A model generated the notes under the pieces. It ran no database searches. It was not told the DNA's origin and was given only the letters and a program-made list of their open reading frames with translations. The position numbers and the translations under genes were made by a program. A stretch of 64,000 bases of DNA from an uncultured archaeon (GTDB taxonomy: Archaea; Iainarchaeota; Iainarchaeia; Iainarchaeales; CSSED10-239), in the NCBI GenBank assembly GCA_964463155.1, contig CAYXAY010000001.1, positions 1,407-65,406 on the forward strand, in the 5' to 3' direction. This document shows, in pieces, positions 48,766 through 58,215 of this stretch; the stretch's first letter is position 1; each line of letters begins with the position of its first letter.

Positions 48766-49515
48766 TTATTCTTTCTTTAAAATTATTTTATTAAAATTAT
48801 TGTTTATCTTTTCTTTTAGTTCTTCTAAATCAATATTATTTTCTTTTGATAAAACCTCATATGATTTTTTTATATCAGTTATTGCTATTGGTTTTCCGTC
48901 AACGGAAATAGGATAATCTGTTTCTATAAAAATCTGATTTAAGTAGTCATTAATATTATGTATGCTTGGTTTATTAAATCTGATTGTTAGATAGTATTTT
49001 CTATCAAGTGCGGTTTCTATTTCTTTTTCACTTCCAGTAAACCAATGCAAGATAATTGGGAATCCGTCCCTGCTTTCAAGGATTTCAAGAACTGGCCCTG
49101 TCGCATATCTTGAGTGTACAATTACTGGCAGATTGTTCTCTTTAGCAATATCTAGTTGTTTTTCAAAAACAATTTTTTGCTCTCTTCTAAGCTCAAAATC
49201 GTTTGTAACCTTGTAATCTAAACCTATCTCTCCAATCGCCACAATTTTGTTTGTGTCTTCAAAGATTATTTCTAGGTAATTAAGTGTGTCTTTTAATCCC
49301 TCTCTAACAACAACATCAGGACAAAGTCCATAGGCAAAATAAAGTCCAGGTATATTTTCTTTTCTAAAGTTTTCAAGTTTTCTATAGCTTTCAATATCAG
49401 CATTGTTAGCCACCGCAAGTATTTCTTCTTTTAAAAAGGTTTCCTTAAGATACTCCAAAGACAATTTATCATAATGACAATGAATGTCTATGAATTTTAA
49501 ATCTTTATTCTCCAT
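48766..49515 (-). CDS. tatD: TatD-family metal-dependent hydrolase
   Basis: FIDIHCHYD metal-binding start, IGEIGLDY, VIVHSR; 249 aa. Confidence 0.8.
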   Translation of the reverse strand: MENKDLKFIDIHCHYDKLSLEYLKETFLKEEILAVANNADIESYRKLENFRKENIPGLYFAYGLCPDVVVREGLKDTLNYLEIIFEDTNKIVAIGEIGLDYKVTNDFELRREQKIVFEKQLDIAKENNLPVIVHSRYATGPVLEILESRDGFPIILHWFTGSEKEIETALDRKYYLTIRFNKPSIHNINDYLNQIFIETDYPISVDGKPIAITDIKKSYEVLSKENNIDLEELKEKINNNFNKIILKKE

Positions 49516-49524
49516 ATATAATAT

Positions 49525-50154
49525 ATGACTATACTTAATTTTAAAGACTATAGTTTAGACATTCCTGCAAGAGTCTATCTTCCAAGCGATGACACTGATT
49601 TAATGATAGAGGTTTTAGAAGAAGAGATAATAAAACCAAACAAGCATTTTAGGTCAGCAATAGAGATTGGTTCGGGTAATGCCTTCTTGTCTTTGGAGAT
49701 TTATCCACAAGTAGATGAATTAATTTCTACAGACATCAATCCGGTAGCCGTTGATTATCTTTTAAATGTTAAGGAAAAGTATAATCTAGAAAAGCAAAAA
49801 ATAGTTTATTCAAATCTTTTTGATTCTGTTGGAGATAAGAAATTTGACTTAATAGTCTTTAACCCGCCATATGTTCCATCAGGAGAAATTCTTGATGAGG
49901 ACGATGACGAGATTAATGGTTATGATTTGGCGATTAATGGTGGCGAAAATGGAAGAGAAATTATTAATAAATTCATAAAACAGCTTCCAGAGCACTTGGC
50001 AGACAAAGGAGTTTGTTATCTTTTAGTGTCTTCTCAAAACGACCCGCTTGATGTTATAGAAAATCTAAAATTAGAAAACCTAAAGTCAGAAATAATTCTT
50101 TCAAAAAAGATTTTTTTTGAAGAATTATTTGTTATTAAGATTACAAGGAAATAA
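49525..50154 (+). CDS. Release-factor glutamine N5-methyltransferase (HemK/Mtq2 family)
   Basis: SAM-binding EIGSGNAF, catalytic NPPY (VFNPPYVP); 209 aa. Confidence 0.75.
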   Translation: MTILNFKDYSLDIPARVYLPSDDTDLMIEVLEEEIIKPNKHFRSAIEIGSGNAFLSLEIYPQVDELISTDINPVAVDYLLNVKEKYNLEKQKIVYSNLFDSVGDKKFDLIVFNPPYVPSGEILDEDDDEINGYDLAINGGENGREIINKFIKQLPEHLADKGVCYLLVSSQNDPLDVIENLKLENLKSEIILSKKIFFEELFVIKITRK

Positions 50155-51265
50155 AATTATGCCAGCAAATGTAAGTTATGAGTATGTGGCTGCCCAAAAG
50201 AAATATGATGAGGCAAAGACCGATGAAGAGAAATTGATAGCTCTTCAAGGAATGCTTTCTGCAGCCCCCACTCACAAAGGCTCTGAAAATATGCGCAGAG
50301 ATATTAGTAAAAGAATATCAGAGTTAAAAATAAAAATGGAAAAAAGAGCAGCTGCTCTTAAAAAAACAGGACATTCAATAGGCATAAAAAAAGAAGGGGC
50401 GGGTCAAGTAGTTATTGTCGGGCTTGCAAATTCTGGCAAAAGCACATTTCTTACAAAATTTACAAATGCAAAACCAGTAATCGCCCCCTACCCTTACACA
50501 ACAACAAAGCCAGAGGTTGGCGTCCTCAACTACGGTGGCGCATTAATCCAACTAGTTGAGATTCCGTCTTTTCTAGAATCTAAAGAAATGTCAAACCAAA
50601 TATTTTCAATAGTCAGAAGTGCTGACGCCATAATTCTTACAATCCCAAACAACGACAAAACACACAGAGATAAATTAATACAACTTCTAGAATCCCAAGA
50701 TATCTATGTCACGAGACCAAAACCAAAAGTTGATTTCAACAAAAGCCAATATCCCGGAATAACATTTATCAATGAGCAAAACCTAATGGTTCCTAAAGAA
50801 CAAGCAATCTCTTTGTTAAAAGATTCAGGCTATCGTTCACACACAGTAATTCTTGGACAAAAGACAACCCGTAACGACCTTTTACTATTAATTAATCCAC
50901 GAGCAGTCTACCATCCAGCAATCATGATTTTTATGCCTTTTACAAAAGACAAACCAGAAACAAATATTTACAAAAACATAAAACCATTTGATTTCAAAGC
51001 TGAAACAAAGATTACAGAGGAAATTTTCAAGATGGTAAACAAAATTATAGTCTACACAAAAAAACCAGGGCAAAAAGCAGACCTGACAGATCCTCTGGTT
51101 CTTGAAAAAGGAACAACAGTTAAAGTTGCAGCAAAGCAAATACACAAATCCATCTCAAAAGAGCTAAAATCAGCAAAGGTCTGGGGCAGCACAAGGTTTC
51201 CTGGCCAAAATGTTTCAAAGGATTATCAACTTCAAGACAAAGACATAGTTGAATTTGTAGCTTAA
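50117..51265 (+). CDS. DRG/Obg-family GTPase with C-terminal TGS domain
   Basis: G1 GLANSGKST, TT(T)KP switch, TGS-like C-terminus; 382 aa. Confidence 0.75.
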   Translation: MKNYLLLRLQGNKIMPANVSYEYVAAQKKYDEAKTDEEKLIALQGMLSAAPTHKGSENMRRDISKRISELKIKMEKRAAALKKTGHSIGIKKEGAGQVVIVGLANSGKSTFLTKFTNAKPVIAPYPYTTTKPEVGVLNYGGALIQLVEIPSFLESKEMSNQIFSIVRSADAIILTIPNNDKTHRDKLIQLLESQDIYVTRPKPKVDFNKSQYPGITFINEQNLMVPKEQAISLLKDSGYRSHTVILGQKTTRNDLLLLINPRAVYHPAIMIFMPFTKDKPETNIYKNIKPFDFKAETKITEEIFKMVNKIIVYTKKPGQKADLTDPLVLEKGTTVKVAAKQIHKSISKELKSAKVWGSTRFPGQNVSKDYQLQDKDIVEFVA

Positions 51266-51362
51266 ATCAGTTCTGTTTCTTAAAAAACAACATTTATAAA
51301 AGAAATACACATATATTATTTTAGAAAAATATATTTTATGAATAGTTATAATTAGGTAAAAA

Positions 51363-52253
51363 ATGCCGACAACAAAAAAAGACACAAATGTAAAGGCAGA
51401 TACAAATTTAGAAGAAAAACTATACAAGCTATTCCTTCCAATAACTGACAGTTTTAAATCCAAAGAACTTGAAGAAAAGTTAATGCAAGCAGACATACAG
51501 GAAGAGTTGCCAAATTATCTATCCAAATATTTATTTTACGCATTATTTATACCCTTGTTGTTCATAATACTTGGAACAATAGTATTAATTGCCCTTGACC
51601 AGGTAAGCTATCTAAAGATATTGTTTGTAATTTGTTTTATTTCAATGTTTGGAATATTGATTTATGCAATAATTAATCCATATTTGATGGTCAGTACAAA
51701 AGTAGGTAACATAAAAAACAATCTGTCTCTTGCAATTCTTAGCATGTCAAGTGTTGCAGAGTCTAGTGCTCCGCCAGAAGCGATGTTTCACACAACTGCA
51801 TTAAAAACAGAAACGCCACATATTGGAAAAGAGTTTGAGAAAATAAACAGATATATGGATTTAGGATTGTCACTTCCTGAAGCAATAAACCAATTATGTA
51901 ATAAAACCCCGTCTGCAGATCTTAAAAAATTTCTAACAGAATTAAACTCAAACATAGAAGCCGGTGGATCGTTGTCTGAATTCATGAAAAAAAAAGCAGA
52001 GCATGCTCAGTTCACTTACAAATTAATGCTTGATAACCTAAACAAGAAAGCAGAAACATTTGGGGACATTTATTCAGCAATAGTTATTGCAGGTCCTTTA
52101 TTTCTTTTCTCATCAATCATGCTTTTGGGTATGATTGGAGGGGGTACTGGACTAGCGGGGCTTAGTATTGAGGCGCTATTGGTTATCGGAATCTTTGGGA
52201 TAGTTCCATTAATCAATATTTTTTTTATAATAATTTTACAATTGGCAGCATAG
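51363..52253 (+). CDS. TadC/FlaJ-like platform membrane protein (T2SSF domain), second filament module
   Basis: T2SSF-like LSLPEAINQL...IEAGGSLSEFMKKKAE...FGDIYSAIVIAGPLFLF; SD upstream. Confidence 0.6.
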   Translation: MPTTKKDTNVKADTNLEEKLYKLFLPITDSFKSKELEEKLMQADIQEELPNYLSKYLFYALFIPLLFIILGTIVLIALDQVSYLKILFVICFISMFGILIYAIINPYLMVSTKVGNIKNNLSLAILSMSSVAESSAPPEAMFHTTALKTETPHIGKEFEKINRYMDLGLSLPEAINQLCNKTPSADLKKFLTELNSNIEAGGSLSEFMKKKAEHAQFTYKLMLDNLNKKAETFGDIYSAIVIAGPLFLFSSIMLLGMIGGGTGLAGLSIEALLVIGIFGIVPLINIFFIIILQLAA

Positions 52254-52263
52254 GAGAAAAACA

Positions 52264-53079
52264 ATGAAATTTAATCCAAGAATTGAATATTTGCTAGATG
52301 CGGCAGCAAAAGGAGCAATAGGTTCACTAATACTTGGAATAATTCTATTAAATACAAAATTTTTCATATTCTGTATCTTTCCAGTTGTAATAGCAATTGG
52401 AGTAGCATCAATACTTTACACAAAGAAACTAAGGTCTCTTGAAAGCAATCTTTTTGTTTTCTTAGATGATTTAAAGGACTTATTACAAGGCGGTATGAAC
52501 ATTGTCACAGCAATGGAAATAATTTCAGAACACGATTATGGCGCATTAAATCCTTATCTAAAAAGAATTGCAGCACAAGTCAAGATTGGTATTCCGTTTG
52601 ATGTTTCATTAGTGGAGGTGTTTTCAGAAGTTGACAGTCCATTGTTCAATAATATTGCAAATGTAATCTCAGAAACAATGAAATATGGTGGAAACCTCAT
52701 AAAAATTTTTGGAGCAGTTTCAAATTATGTAAAACTGATTGATGAGATGGGTGAGGAAAGAAGAGCAAAAACATTTTCAACGGTATTTTCTTCATATTTC
52801 ATGTTTTTTATTTTTATTGCAATTATCCTTACTATCCAAATAGTATTTCTGCCGATGCTTCAATCAAATCAAATAAGTACATCACCAGGCACATCCATTT
52901 CAGATATTAACTTTAATGCATATTTCCTTTATCTCTTGATTATTCAAGCAGGCTTTGCTGGTCCAATAATAGGTAAGATTTCTGAAGGAAACTCAATAGC
53001 AGGAATAAAACATTCAATTATATTACTGGTAATCTCAATACCAATCTATGTGTTGATTTCAATGTTATTTGTAAAATAA
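52264..53079 (+). CDS. TadB/TadC-like platform membrane protein (T2SSF domain)
   Basis: LLQGGMNIVTAMEIIS...ETMKYGGNLIKIF T2SSF-like plus TM helices. Confidence 0.55.
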   Translation: MKFNPRIEYLLDAAAKGAIGSLILGIILLNTKFFIFCIFPVVIAIGVASILYTKKLRSLESNLFVFLDDLKDLLQGGMNIVTAMEIISEHDYGALNPYLKRIAAQVKIGIPFDVSLVEVFSEVDSPLFNNIANVISETMKYGGNLIKIFGAVSNYVKLIDEMGEERRAKTFSTVFSSYFMFFIFIAIILTIQIVFLPMLQSNQISTSPGTSISDINFNAYFLYLLIIQAGFAGPIIGKISEGNSIAGIKHSIILLVISIPIYVLISMLFVK

Positions 53080-53136
53080 GGTTAAGTTTATATAAATATA
53101 TGAAATATATATTAATAGGAGAAATAATGGGATAAT

Positions 53137-53613
53137 ATGTTATTAAATATTAGATTAAATAAAAAAGGCGTTTCACCATTAATTGCAACCATTCTACTTG
53201 TCGCAGTATCCTTGTCTCTTGCAGGAATACTATATTCTTGGGCATCACAAAACGCAAAAGATACAGTTAACAGCGTTACAGAAACTTCCAAAAAATGGAG
53301 AGATTGTAGTGCGATAAACATGTACATAGAGTATGGCTGTACTTATGATGCGACCACAGGAATAAGCTTTATACTTAACGATTCATCAACAGTAAATATT
53401 GATGATAACCTAACAGTAAGCGTGATTGATATAAACAATGCAATTAAAAGTTCAACGTTTGCTCCAAACTTTTCAGGAAGAGCAATGGTTATTACCCGTG
53501 CAATACTTTCTGACCCAAATGCACTTGATGGTTTGAATAAACCATTACAAAGAGTAAGAGTTTATGTTGACGGTTGTCCAGATAGGGCGGCATCAACAAC
53601 TACTTGCAACTAA
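53137..53613 (+). CDS. Archaeal type IV pilin (Pilin_N/DUF361-type class III signal peptide)
   Basis: KKG|VSPLIATILLVAVSLSLAGIL; conserved Cys pair; C-terminal TTCN. Confidence 0.75.
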   Translation: MLLNIRLNKKGVSPLIATILLVAVSLSLAGILYSWASQNAKDTVNSVTETSKKWRDCSAINMYIEYGCTYDATTGISFILNDSSTVNIDDNLTVSVIDINNAIKSSTFAPNFSGRAMVITRAILSDPNALDGLNKPLQRVRVYVDGCPDRAASTTTCN

Positions 53614-53626
53614 ATAAAAATAATCT

Positions 53627-54106
53627 ATGAAACTAAAAGCAATAGACGCATTAATAACAACAATCTTGATTGTTGTAGTTTCAATAATTCTAATAACTAT
53701 AGTTCTTGCCTGGAGTAAAAATTTTACAACAGAAGGAGTAAACAAGGCAAACAACTTAATAGACGAAAAATGCAATCAAGCGACAATAATGATTGCTGAT
53801 TGTAGAATAATAGATGATGGTAATATCGTCTTTCAAATAAAAAACACAAGCAATAACTTTGATTTTGAAAGCACAGACATTTTCAAAGTTTCAGTCTTTA
53901 ATGATTCAGGAACAATGGATGCGGAAAAAGAAATAATCGTGGTTAACGGCACATGGAATGGTCTAGCAACTGGAAACACAGCAATAGCAAAGCTTTCACC
54001 AACTACAACTTCCTTAACATCAGGTTCTGGGGCATTAGTTAACCTGACAGTAAGATCAACTATCTGCCCTCTAGTTTCAACAACCACCAGAGGCTGTCAC
54101 AGATAA
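53627..54106 (+). CDS. Archaeal type IV pilin (Pilin_N-type)
   Basis: KA|IDALITTILIVVVSIILITIVLAWS; KCNQATIMIADC; ends RGCHR. Confidence 0.7.
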   Translation: MKLKAIDALITTILIVVVSIILITIVLAWSKNFTTEGVNKANNLIDEKCNQATIMIADCRIIDDGNIVFQIKNTSNNFDFESTDIFKVSVFNDSGTMDAEKEIIVVNGTWNGLATGNTAIAKLSPTTTSLTSGSGALVNLTVRSTICPLVSTTTRGCHR

Positions 54107-54169
54107 AAGCTTTTTAAATGTTTTTGTTATATGGTAATATAAGTATATAACATTTTAGGAGGAAAATTT

Positions 54170-54622
54170 ATGAATAAAAAAGCAATAGAACCATTGATTG
54201 CAACTATACTTTTAGTTGTTATTGCAGTGATTCTTGTTGTAATTGTTCTTGCATGGGGCAGAGACTTTACAGGCGAAGGACTAAACAAAGTAAGCGGGAT
54301 ACTGGACCCAACTTGTGATGAAGCAACAATAGCAATATCAAATTGTGATTATAATGACGCAGAAAATACAATAACATTCTTTATTAAAAACACAAGTAAC
54401 AGCTATGTATTTTCAACAAACGCATTTGTTGCAAACATTATTGATGACAGTAATGCCTTAAATAATGCCTTGGATACATCAGTTACTTCTAGTACAATAA
54501 ATCCGGGAGCATCAGCGTTAGGTCAAATGTCAACAACACTTTCAGCTACAAGAGTAACAGTTGCAGTAAGATCAAGTGCTTGTCCAAACATTGCAACAGA
54601 CACGGTAAAGAATTGCCAATAA
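54170..54622 (+). CDS. Archaeal type IV pilin (Pilin_N-type)
   Basis: KKA|IEPLIATILLVVIAVILVVIVLAWG; TCDEATIAISNC; ends KNCQ; GGAGG SD. Confidence 0.75.
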   Translation: MNKKAIEPLIATILLVVIAVILVVIVLAWGRDFTGEGLNKVSGILDPTCDEATIAISNCDYNDAENTITFFIKNTSNSYVFSTNAFVANIIDDSNALNNALDTSVTSSTINPGASALGQMSTTLSATRVTVAVRSSACPNIATDTVKNCQ

Positions 54623-54643
54623 AATAGTAAATTTGAATAAAAT

Positions 54644-55096
54644 ATGACTTCAAGAAGAGCAGTTTCCCCAATAATAGCAACAATACTTCTTGTTGTTATT
54701 GCACTAATCTTAGTTGGCATACTTCTTTCTTGGGGTCAAAATTTTGTTCAGAGAAGCACTTCTGATGCAGACAACGCAATAGACAGAAAATGCATAGGCG
54801 CAGATATTTCTTTTAACAATTGTGATTACAATAGTCTCGGTACAGGAACACTGACATTTATCATAGTCAATTCAGGAAAAGTAGATTTTTCTTCAGACGA
54901 GAACCTTAATCTAATTTTGATAGACGATGATCAAGATCTAAATAACGAGAATCTAAACATTCTTGACGGCAGTGCCTTTAATAGAGGGGATTCAAGGAAA
55001 ATAACAATCAACAACTATTCAGCAACCCCACCAGTTGAAGTAACAATAAGAAGCAGTCAATGCAATAATTTTTTTGTCAAAACAACTTGTAATTAG
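54644..55096 (+). CDS. Archaeal type IV pilin (Pilin_N-type)
   Basis: RRA|VSPIIATILLVVIALILVGILLSWG; KCIGADISFNNC; ends TTCN. Confidence 0.75.
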   Translation: MTSRRAVSPIIATILLVVIALILVGILLSWGQNFVQRSTSDADNAIDRKCIGADISFNNCDYNSLGTGTLTFIIVNSGKVDFSSDENLNLILIDDDQDLNNENLNILDGSAFNRGDSRKITINNYSATPPVEVTIRSSQCNNFFVKTTCN

Positions 55097-55596
55097 ATTT
55101 TGTCTATTTCTAATAGATTTATTTTCTTTTCTTTATTAACTATTGCTAGCACAAAGTTTGCATGTATGGTTTTTGCAAGCCTTTGAGATTTTATAAGATT
55201 TACAGAATCGATTTTACCGGGAGCAATAACATCAACAACCATCTCTGTGTGCGTATGCTCTCCATTCTTTGATTTCTTATATACTCTAAAATCAAAACCA
55301 AACAAGTTTCCTTCCTTAACAACAAACCCTTTCTCTGTAAGTTCTCTAAACACCAAAAGCTTGTCTTTAAAGCCATTAATTTCTATCTTACAAATTTTTT
55401 CAAGTTTCTTTAAATCAATCTTTTTGTTCTTTTTGTCAATAAGACTAATCTTTTTCTTCTCAAGAAAATAAAAACATTCAAAAAGATCAATACAAAAGTC
55501 AAGTCCTTTCTTAAACCCAAACCCTTTCTGTGTCAATTGGCTCTTAAGATTATTGTCTTTTACAATTCCTAAATTATTTTCCAGTATTACTTTCAT
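55093..55596 (-). CDS. endA: tRNA-splicing endonuclease EndA
   Basis: Catalytic region FGFDFRVYKK...GEHTHTEMVVDV...SQRLAKTIHANFVLAIV (Tyr/His/Lys triad context); 167 aa. Confidence 0.75.
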   Translation of the reverse strand: MKVILENNLGIVKDNNLKSQLTQKGFGFKKGLDFCIDLFECFYFLEKKKISLIDKKNKKIDLKKLEKICKIEINGFKDKLLVFRELTEKGFVVKEGNLFGFDFRVYKKSKNGEHTHTEMVVDVIAPGKIDSVNLIKSQRLAKTIHANFVLAIVNKEKKINLLEIDKI

Positions 55597-55611
55597 TTAT
55601 CTCACCAGCAG

Positions 55612-55923
55612 TCACTTATATAAAGTAAACAGGTTTCTGTTAACCTCATAAAACAAACCAATCCTAACTCCCGCGTCAATCCAGCCATAAGCATAAGAAT
55701 AGGATGCAAGTGCTCTTGAAAAGTCTCCTTTTTCTTCAAGAGTTTTACCATCTGCAAGGTAATTCTTTGCCATCTCAAGATAGTTGTCTGCTATGTCTTT
55801 TAAGAAAGACTCGTTTTCAATATTTATTTTTATAGTACTAAGTGCTTTTTCCAAAAGCCCCCTATATTTCAAACAATATTCTTTAACATCTGTATCCATT
55901 AACACCATCTCTTTCAATATCAT
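55612..55923 (-). CDS. DUF357-like small archaeal protein
   Basis: ALASYSYAYGWIDAGVRIGL motif; 103 aa. Confidence 0.35.
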   Translation of the reverse strand: MILKEMVLMDTDVKEYCLKYRGLLEKALSTIKINIENESFLKDIADNYLEMAKNYLADGKTLEEKGDFSRALASYSYAYGWIDAGVRIGLFYEVNRNLFTLYK

Positions 55924-56641
55924 TTAGTTGCCCACAAACAATCAAGCTTTGTGGGAAGCTTTTGCTTTCTATTCTCTTATAGTACTTAAAATCAAAAGTA
56001 ATTATTTCTTGCGTTTTACTTGCTGCTCCGCAGATAGTAACACAAAAAACGTCCTTTAACTGATTTCCGTTCTCCTTATCTATGTCTTCAAGTATCTGGC
56101 AGGCTTCCTTTACAGTCATAAACCTGTTCTTGTCTGTCTTTATGTCAAGAAGGCACAGCGTGTGTGCATTTATCTTTAAATTATCAATTATGCAATCATA
56201 AAAGCTTGTAGGCCGATAGTTTCCTTCTGGATAAACAATGCTTGTTGTCTTTCCAAATTTATACTCAGACAATCCAGCGATTCCACGATAACTAAAAACA
56301 GATATTCCAGGGATAATGGTTGTTTCAATGCCTGCCGTTTTAGCATGCTCAATCAATGTAAAATGTGTTGTTGCAGAAAAGGGGTTTCCAATAACCAAAA
56401 GACAGCAATTGTCCTTTAAAAAAACAAGTTCCTGCTCAAGTTCTTTTCTGTCCAAAAGATTTATTTTCTTTTCAAGAAAGGTTTCAAGGTCAGATATTTG
56501 TCCTTCAGAAAATATGTTTGTATAATTATCAATATATATCTTGTTACTGCTTTTGATTGCCTGAATTGCCTCAAGAGTCAATTGCTTGACATTAAGTCCA
56601 ATTCCAATTATGTAAAACATTCTAATTACTATAAACTCCAA
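55883..56641 (-). CDS. dph5: Diphthine synthase (tetrapyrrole-methylase fold)
   Basis: MFYIIGIGL start, LVIGNPFSATTH, GIETTIIPGISVFS motifs. Confidence 0.8.
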   Translation of the reverse strand: MEFIVIRMFYIIGIGLNVKQLTLEAIQAIKSSNKIYIDNYTNIFSEGQISDLETFLEKKINLLDRKELEQELVFLKDNCCLLVIGNPFSATTHFTLIEHAKTAGIETTIIPGISVFSYRGIAGLSEYKFGKTTSIVYPEGNYRPTSFYDCIIDNLKINAHTLCLLDIKTDKNRFMTVKEACQILEDIDKENGNQLKDVFCVTICGAASKTQEIITFDFKYYKRIESKSFPQSLIVCGQLNDIERDGVNGYRC

Positions 56642-57020
56642 TTTCTATATATATCTTATTATTAGAATTATTAATATACTTTATGGAATTAGACATTACT
56701 TTTTTATATCCAATATTATTGCCAATCTCTTTTCTTTTGTTGTTTATCCTAATATACCCTGGTGTTTCTGGAAAAAGCAAAAGATAGTTTTTCTCAAGAA
56801 CATCAATTCCAGAGATTTTAAGATATTGAGAAGTAACAAGCAAGTCTCCGATTTTTTGTTGTCTTAAAAGTTCAATGTTTTTTTCAGAAATATCTGTGCG
56901 GCTACCAGGAAAAACAAGAATAAGCAAAGAAAGAAAGATTAACGCAAAAAGTCCATCAACCACAAACATCTGTGCCTTGTTATTTACATTTAAAAAACTC
57001 AAGCGTCTCAAAGCTTCCAT
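56622..57020 (-). CDS. Small pilin-like protein (putative minor pilin)
   Basis: NNKA|QMFVVDGLFALIFLSLLILVF N-terminus; 132 aa; 41-nt overlap with upstream gene. Confidence 0.45.
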   Translation of the reverse strand: MEALRRLSFLNVNNKAQMFVVDGLFALIFLSLLILVFPGSRTDISEKNIELLRQQKIGDLLVTSQYLKISGIDVLEKNYLLLFPETPGYIRINNKRKEIGNNIGYKKVMSNSIKYINNSNNKIYIEIGVYSN

Positions 57021-57387
57021 CTACAACAACCCCCCTCACAATAACAGAATCCGTTTCTTTTAGAGAATCAAATAAAGTCTTTCCGGACAAACCAATTTTG
57101 CAGATCTTTTTTCTATCAATAGTAGATATCTTAGAAACATCCAAAACATTCTGATAACAAAGACTTTCATGATTTAAATATGAAAACGCAAGATAATTGC
57201 AATCAGTTATCAGCCTATCAACATATAATAAGTTTTCAAGTTCCTTTATGTCTTTTTGGGTTTTAAGATTATGATTAACAAAGCCTTCCAAAAGAACCAT
57301 CTCCAGATAAACAATAAACACAACAACCAATGCAAGGAAAAGAACATCAAGTACTAGTATCTGTGCCTTTTGACTTTCTATTTTCAT
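56980..57387 (-). CDS. Small pilin-like protein (putative minor pilin)
   Basis: SQKA|QILVLDVLFLALVVVFIVYL; 135 aa, Cys-containing. Confidence 0.45.
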   Translation of the reverse strand: MKIESQKAQILVLDVLFLALVVVFIVYLEMVLLEGFVNHNLKTQKDIKELENLLYVDRLITDCNYLAFSYLNHESLCYQNVLDVSKISTIDRKKICKIGLSGKTLFDSLKETDSVIVRGVVVDGSFETLEFFKCK

Positions 57388-57553
57388 ATCCCACCAAATA
57401 TTCTTCCTTCATTCTTTCAATTACTATTCTGTTACTTGGAATCCTTTCAATCTTTTCTTTAAGATTAATATTAACATCAACAAAGAATCCAATAATTATT
57501 ATTATAATCAAAACACACAATATAAACTCCAAAGTCACAATTCCTTTTTTCAA
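57347..57553 (-). CDS. Flp-like small prepilin (68 aa)
   Basis: KKG|IVTLEFILCVLIIIIIIGFFV, Glu at +5. Confidence 0.55.
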   Translation of the reverse strand: MKKGIVTLEFILCVLIIIIIIGFFVDVNINLKEKIERIPSNRIVIERMKEEYLVGYENRKSKGTDTST

Positions 57554-58053
57554 GTGTAAACAATCACCTCAATACCGTAATTCTTAGGAAACGAAAAATG
57601 CGATTTGTTAAAGCTTGTTAAGACATCAAAGCAAAGAAATTTGTTTTTGTTAATGCCATTAGTTATTGTGTATCTCTTGACATAGATGTTAGGAGCTGGC
57701 CTAAGAACAATGACTTTTGAGATGACTTGCAGTTCTTCAAAACGTACCCTGCTTTTGTTATTAGTCTTGATATCCAAGATATACCAGTCTTCGTTTTCTG
57801 TTTCTTTTAAGTGTTTTACAATGCTATTGTTAATCTGCGTGTTAAGGGTAACGGGCTCTATATTTTTGGAATACAATTCGTTTTTTACAATTTCTTCAAA
57901 ATTGATTGCAGCGCTTTGCTTTTTTGTGTTTTGAATCTTTGCTATCAGGAAATCTGAGTCCGGCTCAATACGGTTACCCGCAACAGCATAAACAAAAACA
58001 GGAACAAACAACAAAACTCCAAGGCTCAAAAAGCCCTTATATTTTGATTTCAT
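57550..58053 (-). CDS. Secreted hypothetical protein, first gene of minus-strand pilin-like cluster
   Basis: N-terminal signal peptide MKSKYKGFLSLGVLLFVPVFVYAVAG; 167 aa. Confidence 0.4.
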   Translation of the reverse strand: MKSKYKGFLSLGVLLFVPVFVYAVAGNRIEPDSDFLIAKIQNTKKQSAAINFEEIVKNELYSKNIEPVTLNTQINNSIVKHLKETENEDWYILDIKTNNKSRVRFEELQVISKVIVLRPAPNIYVKRYTITNGINKNKFLCFDVLTSFNKSHFSFPKNYGIEVIVYT

Positions 58054-58215
58054 TAGATATCTTATAAATTTTTCCCTTTATTTAACCCGCAGCTTGGTTT
58101 TTTTGTGTTTTTGAAGCTAATGTCGTTAGTCATACAATTTTACAAAAATTCTAACAAATCTTTTTAAATACCTCTATCTACAATAAATATATTGATTATA
58201 AAGGGGAAATAAAAC

